27,471 bases of DNA, taken from NCBI GenBank assembly GCA_964349545.1, contig CAYGGS010000001.1, forward strand, positions 1-27,471, given 5' to 3'. Numbering within the stretch: the stretch's first letter is position 1; every line of letters starts with the position of its first letter. The notes beneath the pieces were generated by a model. That model saw nothing but the letters and a program-made list of their open reading frames with translations. It did no database searches and was not told the origin of the DNA. Positions 17,467-25,303 of the stretch are shown piece by piece. This stretch comes from an uncultured Gammaproteobacteria bacterium. GTDB lineage: Bacteria; Patescibacteriota; Patescibacteriia; SBBC01. A program made the translations under genes and the position numbers.

Positions 17467-17922
17467 ATGAAGGTCATATTGCTCCAAGAGGTGAAGGGCG
17501 TTGGACATAAGGACAGTATCGTCGACGTCGCCGAAGGATACGTCCGTAACTATCTTCTTCCGATGGGGTATGCAGATATTGCGACCGCGACGCTGATCGA
17601 TACCATCCGAAATAAGAAAGCCATCAGGGACAAGAAACGGGAATCCGACGATGTCGAACTTAAGGCTTTGGCCGACCGTCTTAAGCATGTACGCATCACG
17701 GTCGCGGCGGCAGCATCAAGTAAGGGCACGCTGTTCGGCAGCGTGACCGCGGCCATGGTCCGTCACGAGCTTGCGCGTCAAGGATACGCTGTCCCAGAGT
17801 CATCCGTCTCGTTCGGTTCGCCGATCGATCGGATCGGTAACCATACTGTACTCATTAAACTGACCGCGCAGCACGCGGGAACGATCACGGTGACCGTAGT
17901 CAAGGAAACACGTCATGCCTAA
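17467..17922 (+). CDS. rplI: 50S ribosomal protein L9
   Basis: MKVILLQEVKGVG, VAEGYVRNYLLP, LFGSVT; 151 aa. Confidence 0.96.
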   Translation: MKVILLQEVKGVGHKDSIVDVAEGYVRNYLLPMGYADIATATLIDTIRNKKAIRDKKRESDDVELKALADRLKHVRITVAAAASSKGTLFGSVTAAMVRHELARQGYAVPESSVSFGSPIDRIGNHTVLIKLTAQHAGTITVTVVKETRHA

Positions 17923-19567
17923 AATTTCAACGCGTTACATCTTCGTCATGGGAGGCGTCATATCAGGATTGGGCAAGGGGATTGCCGTTTCGTCGATCGC
18001 CAGATTGCTCCAGGGCGTCGGGTATCGGGTGTCTGCGATGAAGATCGATCCGTATGTCAACGTCGATGCTGGAACGATGAACCCGACCGAGCATGGTGAA
18101 GTGTTCGTGACGAAGGACGGCCTTGAGACCGACCAGGACATCGGTAACTATGAACGGTATCTCGGCGCCGAGCTGACGAAGGACAGCTACATGACGACCG
18201 GTCAGGTATACCTCTCGGTCATTCGGCAGGAACGTAACCTGGAGTACCACGGTAAGTCGGTACAGGTGGTGCCGCACATCCCTGATGAGGTCATCAGGAG
18301 GATAAAATTCGCCGCTAAGCAGAATCGGTCCGAGATCATGCTCATTGAGATCGGTGGTACCGTCGGCGAATACGAGAACCTTCTGTTCCTTGAAGCGGCC
18401 CGTATGATGCACCTTCAGGAACCTGCATCGGTCCAGTTCATCCTGGTGAGCTACCTGCCCATACCGCATGTCCTTGGCGAGATGAAGACGAAACCGACCC
18501 AACACGCGGTTCGCGCGCTCAACTCGGCCGGTATCCATCCGGATTTCGTTCTCTGCAGGGCCGAACGGCCGCTCGACACACGGCGTAAGGAAAAGATCTC
18601 GGTGTTCTGCAACATGCATCCCGATGACATCATATCAGCACAGGATGTTCCATCGGTATACGAAGTGCCGATCAACCTCGAAAAAGAAGGCATCGGTAAA
18701 AAGATCCTCGCGAAGTTCGGCCTCAAGGAACGTACCCGCGATCTCGTCGAGTGGCGAAAAATGGTCGCTGCGGCCCGTCGTAACCGATGCACGGTCGCTA
18801 TCGGGATCATCGGCAAATACTTCACGTCCGGTGAATTCACCCTTGCGGATTCATACCTGTCGGTCATTGAATCGATTAAACACGCGTGCTGGTCGCTCGG
18901 CATCCAGCCGAAGTTGACCTGGCTCGATGCCGAGGATTTCGAAAAAGACCCCGGTGAATTGAAGAAACTTTCCCAGTACGATGGCATCATCGTACCAGGC
19001 GGATTTGGTGCGCGTGGCGTCGAGGGCAAGATCGCCGCGATAGAATACGTCCGGACGCATGCTATCCCGTATTTCGGGCTGTGCTATGGCCTTCAATTGG
19101 CGGTCGTCGAGTTCGCGCGCCATGTTCTTAAGATGAAGAAGGCGAATACCACCGAGATCGACGAGCGGACCCTGTATCCGGTCATTGATATGATGGCAGA
19201 CCAGCGGGAAAAGTTACGTCGACGCGATTTCGGGGGAACCATGCGGCTCGGTGAGTATCGGTGCAAGCTCGTGAACGGGATGCGCGCGCAATCGGCCTAT
19301 GGTACACCACGCATCGTTCGTGAACGGCATCGCCATCGGTATGAGGTCAATAATGCCTACCGTACGCGCTTTGAGCGAAGCGGCTTCATGGTCAGCGGCG
19401 TCAATCCGGATCGGAACCTCGTGGAGATCATGGAACTGAAAAAGCACCCGTTCTTCATGGGCGTCCAGTTCCACCCCGAGTTCAAATCCTATCCGCTCGC
19501 CCCTCATCCCTTGTTTTTGGAGTTTATACGGGCCTGCAACAAAAAAGCCCGCGGTAGCCGGCCGTAG
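17915..19567 (+). CDS. pyrG: CTP synthase
   Basis: GGVISGLGKG, KIDPYVNVDAGTMNPTEHGEVFVT, GEMKTKPTQH, GLCYG (Cys), RHRHRYE, QFHPEF (His-Glu). Confidence 0.98.
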   Translation: MPKISTRYIFVMGGVISGLGKGIAVSSIARLLQGVGYRVSAMKIDPYVNVDAGTMNPTEHGEVFVTKDGLETDQDIGNYERYLGAELTKDSYMTTGQVYLSVIRQERNLEYHGKSVQVVPHIPDEVIRRIKFAAKQNRSEIMLIEIGGTVGEYENLLFLEAARMMHLQEPASVQFILVSYLPIPHVLGEMKTKPTQHAVRALNSAGIHPDFVLCRAERPLDTRRKEKISVFCNMHPDDIISAQDVPSVYEVPINLEKEGIGKKILAKFGLKERTRDLVEWRKMVAAARRNRCTVAIGIIGKYFTSGEFTLADSYLSVIESIKHACWSLGIQPKLTWLDAEDFEKDPGELKKLSQYDGIIVPGGFGARGVEGKIAAIEYVRTHAIPYFGLCYGLQLAVVEFARHVLKMKKANTTEIDERTLYPVIDMMADQREKLRRRDFGGTMRLGEYRCKLVNGMRAQSAYGTPRIVRERHRHRYEVNNAYRTRFERSGFMVSGVNPDRNLVEIMELKKHPFFMGVQFHPEFKSYPLAPHPLFLEFIRACNKKARGSRP

Positions 19568-19579
19568 GTACAACACCTC

Positions 19580-19858
19580 CTACCCAGGGAGTACGTCAAC
19601 GACGGTTTTTGTCGTCAAGGAGCCATGGAAGTTCCGGATTTTTTTCGTCCGAAACTTGACCACGCCGCTCGCCATTGCGAACAGCGTGTCATCAGCTCCC
19701 CGAGCGACGTTACTGCCGTTGAGAATGGCCGTGCCTCGTTGACGGACGATTATTATGCCCGGCGTGACGTTCGTTCCATCACCTCGCTTCACCCCGAGAC
19801 GCTTCGATTCAGAATCGCGGCCGAGCGCCGTGGAGCCGCCTGATTTAGTGTGTGCCAT
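19580..19858 (-). CDS. rpmA: 50S ribosomal protein L27
   Basis: [36 protein letters not shown]. Confidence 0.97.
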   Translation of the reverse strand: MAHTKSGGSTALGRDSESKRLGVKRGDGTNVTPGIIIVRQRGTAILNGSNVARGADDTLFAMASGVVKFRTKKIRNFHGSLTTKTVVDVLPG

Positions 19859-19878
19859 AAAAAAGTTCCTGCAGTGCC

Positions 19879-19907
19879 ATCATACATGGCCTTTCACAGT
19901 GCGTCAA
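19879..19907 (-). promoter_or_regulatory. Sigma70-type promoter for rpmA
   Basis: Minus strand TTGACG (19907-19902), 17-nt spacer, TATGAT (19884-19879). Confidence 0.75.
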
Positions 19908-19910
19908 GGC

Positions 19911-20180
19911 CTACAGCGGGTCGCGGAAGGTCGGCACTGCGATGCTTGAACGGGTCGTCGTGTCCTGTCGGTATTCACTGACCCTTTCGTATGCTTTAGT
20001 ATCGACCCTAATACCACCGGAGGTAAGTGCGTCGTCTGACAGGGCGGGGTCGGGGACCATGAGCGCGATACGGGTCACGCAGTACAGGAAGGTCAGCAAT
20101 GCGATCGCCGTGAGCGTACGCGCAGAGAGCGTATACCAGTTGAGGTTCTGCTTAGGACGAAGGTGGACAGCGAGGTTCAT
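19911..20180 (-). CDS. Small single-TM hypothetical protein at the pilP position of the pil cluster
   Basis: ATGA-coupled to the pilO-like stop (20177-20180); 89 aa with one hydrophobic helix; C-terminal RDPL. Confidence 0.6.
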   Translation of the reverse strand: MNLAVHLRPKQNLNWYTLSARTLTAIALLTFLYCVTRIALMVPDPALSDDALTSGGIRVDTKAYERVSEYRQDTTTRSSIAVPTFRDPL

Positions 20181-20707
20181 AGTGTTTGGCTCCACGGTAC
20201 TTGTGCGTCGATCGTGACCGAGCTTGTCTCGCTGTCGCCTTCGTTCGATACGGACACGTTCGTGATAGTGACCAGCTCCTTCAACTGACTGATGCCTCTA
20301 AGGAACACGATGGTTGAGCGGTATGACGCGGTGAACGTCAGATGGATTCCCAGCAACTGATGCCTGGTGGAACGGACCGGAGTATCGATACGCAGCTGCG
20401 AATTGGTCGCACCCGATGCTGTGGTGAGGTCATCGATCGCGTTGAAGAAGTCGACCGAGGTGCGCTCTCGGAGGAACTGCTCGTCGATCGCAGCACCCTT
20501 CTCCTTCAATGCATCATATTCCTTGGTGACGACGGCGATGTTCCTTTGTTGGATTTGCAGACGCGCGAGCTGCTCGCGTCGCTGGTCGATATCCGTCCGT
20601 TGGGATACGATGGACGCCAGCATGGGCATGATCACTCCTACGATGAGCAGCGCAACGATTACGGCGCCGATGAGGAAAATGGTCACTGGTGGACGGAGAG
20701 ACGTCAT
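20177..20707 (-). CDS. pilO: PilO-like type IV pilus alignment protein
   Basis: N-terminal TM, coiled coil, then TFTASYRSTIVFLRGISQLKELVTITNVSV (PilO pattern); position after pilN-like gene. Confidence 0.72.
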   Translation of the reverse strand: MTSLRPPVTIFLIGAVIVALLIVGVIMPMLASIVSQRTDIDQRREQLARLQIQQRNIAVVTKEYDALKEKGAAIDEQFLRERTSVDFFNAIDDLTTASGATNSQLRIDTPVRSTRHQLLGIHLTFTASYRSTIVFLRGISQLKELVTITNVSVSNEGDSETSSVTIDAQVPWSQTL

Positions 20708-21255
20708 GGATTCCTGAACTTAGTCGTATCGATGGTCGCGGTGATGGTCACGGGTATACGCGTTCGTTCGTTGAGACTTGACTGGATTACCACATCGGTG
20801 AGGTATGGCATCTTTGTAAGGCTCGACTCCAAGATCGGCACCTCGTTCCTTGATGTCGCAAATCCCTGCGCCGCGAGCTCGGAGGTCTTTGTGCTTATCG
20901 AAATCGAGGTGTACGAAATGCCGCTCGGTGTCGCGTTTGCAACGTCAATCAATACCGCGTCGAAATGGTAATCGACGAGCGGAGCTTCCAGTACCGCGAG
21001 CTGCTCGTTTATCGTGTTGGTCAGTTCGAGCACAGGCAGGGTTTCACCAGCAGGCGAGACGATCTTCGTCGATGAGAGCTCATCAACAACGGTCGACAAC
21101 GTGATGTTGAAGTAGGTTTGTGCAACGGCGAGCGCGCCGATCGTCATCACGCATATACCGATGGTGACGGACAGCGACAGCGTCATCGTGTGCGATCGTA
21201 TGAGATCGCTGATGTTTCTTAGTTCCTTTTGGCCGATGACGTTGAGACGTATCAT
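20704..21255 (-). CDS. pilN: PilN-like type IV pilus alignment protein
   Basis: MIRLNVI start, single TM, TPSGISYTSISI and AQGFATSRNEV (PilN pattern); follows pilM. Confidence 0.72.
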   Translation of the reverse strand: MIRLNVIGQKELRNISDLIRSHTMTLSLSVTIGICVMTIGALAVAQTYFNITLSTVVDELSSTKIVSPAGETLPVLELTNTINEQLAVLEAPLVDYHFDAVLIDVANATPSGISYTSISISTKTSELAAQGFATSRNEVPILESSLTKMPYLTDVVIQSSLNERTRIPVTITATIDTTKFRNP

Positions 21256-22316
21256 GGTGTTTCGGTGTCCGTTGTGTTCATCGCAAGGCCAAGCGGGACG
21301 ATGTACTCCTGGAACTCACGGCTGAACCTTTTTGCATGACGTCCGAACGTGAGCCCTGGCGGTAGCTCGGATAGCCGCGTGGGCATCTTCATGCGGTTCG
21401 TCAGTTCATCAATCAGTCCGGCGATCGACGTGCCAGGACCGCAGAGGCGTAGCGTGGTGAATGCGCGCAGGCCGGGGAAATGGTTCAGGGAAAATTCGTT
21501 GATATCCTGCAGCTTCTTCACGAGCTGATCCAAATGTTCCTGGAGCAGGTCCCTGACGAGGCCTCTCGCGCGTAGCTTGTAGAAACCGAACGAATTGAGC
21601 GACTTCAACGCGTCGTCATGTACCACGTTGAAACGTTTCATGATCGAGGTAACGAGTGATGTGACGGTGAACGGAAGTGACGCGGAAAGACAGGGGTTGC
21701 CGTCGTTTATGACCAAGGCGACGCTCTCGAGTTCCCCGATCGATACGAGCAACCCGGTGACGCCTTTGGAGAAGTGGTGCTGCTGCGCCCGGATGAGGGC
21801 GACGGATGACGGCTCGAGCCCGAAAGGCCGCAAGCCCGCGTGCTCGATGAGCGTACGATACGAGTCGGAGAGACGCGTCGGACACGCGACCACCAGCGCG
21901 GAGATCCGCGCACTGTCGTTCGTCGGTACCCTTACCCAATCGATGGTGAGCTCCTTCAATTCGTAAGGGATATGCTGCGTGGTCTCCCACCGAACCGACG
22001 CATCGAGATTGGCGCTTGATGAAGAGGGGACCGTCAATAACTTGAGGAACGAGTGCTGCTCCGGGATCGAGGCGTATGCGGCACGTACGTTCTGGAGACG
22101 CGACGATAGTCCTTCGCGGATATTCTTCGCCGCACGTTCGATGTTCAGCGCATCGGTACGGTAGAAGGCCCCTTCATCCTTGTCGAACATACCGTAGTTC
22201 GATAGTTCGACCTTCTTGCCTCGGCGCCTCAACTGGACGTAACGTATCCGCTCGGAGCAGAGGTCGATGCCGACCGTATGCGCGTTGAAATCGGTGATGA
22301 GGTCCGCGATCTTCAT
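21252..22316 (-). CDS. pilM: PilM-like actin-fold pilus assembly protein
   Basis: VGIDL near N-terminus, VRWETTQHIPY, LVVACP, GLRPFGLEP, C-terminal PLGLAM. Start moved to ATG 22316, 1 nt after the pilC stop. Confidence 0.8.
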   Translation of the reverse strand: MKIADLITDFNAHTVGIDLCSERIRYVQLRRRGKKVELSNYGMFDKDEGAFYRTDALNIERAAKNIREGLSSRLQNVRAAYASIPEQHSFLKLLTVPSSSSANLDASVRWETTQHIPYELKELTIDWVRVPTNDSARISALVVACPTRLSDSYRTLIEHAGLRPFGLEPSSVALIRAQQHHFSKGVTGLLVSIGELESVALVINDGNPCLSASLPFTVTSLVTSIMKRFNVVHDDALKSLNSFGFYKLRARGLVRDLLQEHLDQLVKKLQDINEFSLNHFPGLRAFTTLRLCGPGTSIAGLIDELTNRMKMPTRLSELPPGLTFGRHAKRFSREFQEYIVPLGLAMNTTDTETP

Positions 22317-22317
22317 A

Positions 22318-23532
22318 TCAGCCGATCTGTTCGGAGAGCGAGTAGATGGGAAGGATGATGGCGACCGCCATGAGCGCGACGCCGACGCCGAGCAGGAGCA
22401 TGAGGATGGGTTCGATGATCGTAGAGAGGTTCGCCATCGTTTGGTCCACCTCTTCCTCATAGAACGTTGCGAGCTCACCGGAGATGGCGTCGAGCGAACC
22501 GCTCTCCTCCCCGATCGAGATCATTTGTGTGGTAAGCGGCGGGAAAAGCATCGGGTATGCCTCTAAGTTGTGTGAGATCGTATTGCCGGTTTTAAGACGG
22601 TGCGCGGCCTCTTCGAAGGCCGCCTTGTAGAAGGTGTTGCCCATGGTCCGACTGATGATCATGAAGGTCTCGATGATCGGTATGTTCGTCTCGAGCATGG
22701 ACGAGAGGGAACGTGTGAATCGAGCGAGGTTCACCTTCTTAACGATCGTACCCGCGACGGGTGATCGTAGGATCACCGTATCGAACAGGTGCTTGCCCTT
22801 CTTCGTCTTTAAAAGTCTGAGGAAAACAAAGGTAAGCGCGATCAACGCAGCAAGCACGATGACGCCGTTATCGATGAGGAAGCTCGAGATCCACATGAGT
22901 ATTCTGGTCATGAGCGGCATCTGTGCGTCGTTCTCGCTGAAGATGCTGGCAAGTTGCGGAATGACCACGACGGCCATGAGGATCGCGACGCCGAGCATGA
23001 TCACGAGGATGATAATGGGATAGGTGAGCGCGCCCTTCACCTTGGAGACAAGCCCATGATCCTTCTTCATCTTGATCGCGAGCGTGCTGAGCACCTCGTC
23101 CAATTTTCCGCTCGATTCCCCTGCGGCGACCATGTTCACGTAGAGCTCATTGAAGATCTTCGGGTGTTTTGCGAGGCTTTTCGAGAATGCCATGCCTGAC
23201 TCGACGTCGGCTCTCACTTCGGTGATGACTTTCTTGAAGAACTTGTTGGTGGTCTGCTGCGTCAACGTGTTCAATGCGCGTGCGATGGAGAACCCGGCAC
23301 GGATCATGACATGAAGGTACTGCGTGAAGAAGATCTTCTCTACGGCGGGAACCGATTGGAACGAGGACATGAAGCGCGAAACCGACGACGCTGCACTGCC
23401 GACGCGCGAGGAGGTCAGTACGAGATTACGTTGATGGAGCTTCTGCTCGAGGTCACGTTCATCTTGGGCGAGAAGCATGCCTCTTTCGACCTTGTTCTCC
23501 GCAGTACGTGCGATGTATTCGAATTCCGGCAT
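22318..23532 (-). CDS. pilC: Type IV pilus platform protein PilC (GspF family)
   Basis: MPEFEYIA, VNMVAAGESSGKLD, ALTYP, ISIGEESGSLD, IEPILM, ILPIY. Confidence 0.95.
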   Translation of the reverse strand: MPEFEYIARTAENKVERGMLLAQDERDLEQKLHQRNLVLTSSRVGSAASSVSRFMSSFQSVPAVEKIFFTQYLHVMIRAGFSIARALNTLTQQTTNKFFKKVITEVRADVESGMAFSKSLAKHPKIFNELYVNMVAAGESSGKLDEVLSTLAIKMKKDHGLVSKVKGALTYPIIILVIMLGVAILMAVVVIPQLASIFSENDAQMPLMTRILMWISSFLIDNGVIVLAALIALTFVFLRLLKTKKGKHLFDTVILRSPVAGTIVKKVNLARFTRSLSSMLETNIPIIETFMIISRTMGNTFYKAAFEEAAHRLKTGNTISHNLEAYPMLFPPLTTQMISIGEESGSLDAISGELATFYEEEVDQTMANLSTIIEPILMLLLGVGVALMAVAIILPIYSLSEQIG

Positions 23533-23533
23533 A

Positions 23534-25252
23534 CTAATCTTCCGTCACACGGAGAATCTCCTCGATCGTCGTAATACCTGCCTTTGCCTTGATGAAGCCG
23601 TCGTGGAGCATCGTGAGCATGTGTTGCTCCAATGCGACTGCATGCAGTTCCGCAGACGACGCCTTTTTCAGGATGAGCTCGCTCACCGAAGGGGTCACCT
23701 CGAGGATCTCATAGATACCGACACGGCCCTTATAGCCGGTATCGCTGCACTGTCGGCAGCCTTTTCCACGATAGAACAACAGCGTTTCTGGGGATTGTTT
23801 CGCGGACTCGATGGCACCCTGCTGTTCAAGTACCTCGAGGATGTTCTGGACGTTGACCTGCCTTGCAATGTGGTTGATGGCGGTCTTACTGAGCGTATAG
23901 CTCTCGATGCACTGCGTACACACCTTTCTGACCAGACGCTGCGCCACGACGACATTGGTCGTCGATGCGACCAGGAAGCTCGGTACTCCCATTTCCGTCA
24001 AGCGAGGGAGCGCCGTGACCGCGTCGTTCGTATGGAGCGTCGTGAGCACGAGGTGTCCTGTCATGGCCGCATGGGTGGCGATCTCAGCAGTCTCCTCGTC
24101 GCGGATCTCGCCGACCATGATGATATTCGGGTCTTGACGGAGGAGCGTACGAAGGCCGATCGCGAACGTGAGTCCTATCTTCGGGTTCACCTGCGTCTGG
24201 TTGATCCGTGGCATCCGGTACTCGATCGGGTCCTCGATCGTCGAGATGTTCACCGATGCCGTGTTGAGCTTGCTGAGAACGGTGTAGAGCGTCGTTGTCT
24301 TTCCGGAACCGGTGGGTCCGGTCACGAAGATGATGCCATGGGGTTTCGACACGTTCCTCTGAAGGATGTCGAGCGCTGATGGTTGAAGACCGAGCAGGTC
24401 GAGCGATAGCACCTGTGCTGATTCATTGAGGACGCGCATAACGGCCTTTTCACCGTCGAACACAGGGAGGATCGATACGCGGAAGGCGACACGCTGCGGC
24501 CCGCTCTCGATCTTGAAACGACCGTCCTGGGGGAGGCGATGCTCGTCGATCTTGAGGTTCGAAAGGATCTTTATCCTCGCGATGACCCCGGATTGTATCT
24601 TCTTTGGCAGCGTCATGACGTCGCGCAAGACGCCGTCGATGCGGTAGCGTACGACCGTATCCGTCTCCGTCGGTTCGATGTGGATATCGGACGCATTCTC
24701 GAAGATAGCGTGTTCAAGAAGCGTGTCCACGATGCGTACGACCGGGACATCCTCGGCAAGATGCTTCAGATCTTCGGTGCCTTCCTGCGTGATCGCGCTG
24801 ATCTCCTTGAACTCCGCGCGCAGTCCCTTGTGGTATTGCTTGAGCACCGCATGGATGCCGGACGGCGTCGTGAGGTACACCTCGACCGTCAGGCCCGTCT
24901 TCTTTTCGAGGAATTCGAAGATCTCGATATCCTCGGGATCGAGTGCTGCAACCTTGATCGTCGTGCTTGTTTTATCGAAGGGTACGACTTGATGCAGTTG
25001 TGCGATCGGTTCCGGCACGATGAGCAGGATATCCTGGCGGACATGCGCGGTGGTCAGGTCGATGAACGGAACCTTCATGCCGGCGGCGATCGCCTGATAG
25101 AGCGCATTTTCCGAAGTGACCTTTTTTTGCAGGATCACTTGCGTCAAATCCAATCGCTGCTCTTTCGACTCTAGCAACGCACCATCAAGCGTCTTAGCAT
25201 CGATTATGCTGCTGCTACGCAGGATGTTATTTAGTTTTGTTTGATTGATCAC
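23534..25252 (-). CDS. pilB: Type IV pilus assembly ATPase PilB (GspE/PulE family)
   Basis: ASDIHIEP, RLPQDGR, Walker A GPTGSGKTTT, IEDPIEY, LRQDPNIIMVGEIRD, TGHLVLTTLHTN, CTQC...CRQC Zn motif. Start moved to GTG 25252 because the upstream in-frame TTG is a -35 box. Confidence 0.95.
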   Translation of the reverse strand: MINQTKLNNILRSSSIIDAKTLDGALLESKEQRLDLTQVILQKKVTSENALYQAIAAGMKVPFIDLTTAHVRQDILLIVPEPIAQLHQVVPFDKTSTTIKVAALDPEDIEIFEFLEKKTGLTVEVYLTTPSGIHAVLKQYHKGLRAEFKEISAITQEGTEDLKHLAEDVPVVRIVDTLLEHAIFENASDIHIEPTETDTVVRYRIDGVLRDVMTLPKKIQSGVIARIKILSNLKIDEHRLPQDGRFKIESGPQRVAFRVSILPVFDGEKAVMRVLNESAQVLSLDLLGLQPSALDILQRNVSKPHGIIFVTGPTGSGKTTTLYTVLSKLNTASVNISTIEDPIEYRMPRINQTQVNPKIGLTFAIGLRTLLRQDPNIIMVGEIRDEETAEIATHAAMTGHLVLTTLHTNDAVTALPRLTEMGVPSFLVASTTNVVVAQRLVRKVCTQCIESYTLSKTAINHIARQVNVQNILEVLEQQGAIESAKQSPETLLFYRGKGCRQCSDTGYKGRVGIYEILEVTPSVSELILKKASSAELHAVALEQHMLTMLHDGFIKAKAGITTIEEILRVTED

Positions 25253-25274
25253 GTCGATGGTTGACTCTGTGCAT

Positions 25275-25303
25275 ATTATATCACGGAAAACCCTCTTAGT
25301 CAA
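25275..25303 (-). promoter_or_regulatory. Near-consensus sigma70 promoter for the pilB operon
   Basis: Minus strand TTGACT (25303-25298), 17-nt spacer, TGa-TATAAT (-10 at 25280-25275). Confidence 0.85.

Noticed and set aside
17963-19029. 218-aa and 192-aa minus-strand ORFs in pyrG
   Set aside because: Antisense shadows of CTP synthase.
19540-19600. Intrinsic terminator between pyrG and rpmA
   Set aside because: GC-rich patch, but no convincing stem followed by a U-tract on either strand.
23477-25174. Long plus-strand ORFs (300 aa and 211 aa) opposite pilB
   Set aside because: Antisense shadows of a GC-rich gene; no motifs, and composition reflects reverse-complemented codons.
22318-25252. 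Type II secretion system call for GspE/GspF homologues
   Set aside because: Adjacent pilM/N/O-like genes and absence of gspD/L/M favour a type IV pilus.
25253-25303. ORF-track N-terminal extensions (pilB from 25303, pilM from 22478, murA from 14882, PEGA from 14909, rmlD from 11846, kinase from 8666)
   Set aside because: They run through promoter boxes or deep into neighbouring genes; downstream starts give ATGA or 1-nt coupling and family-typical N-termini.
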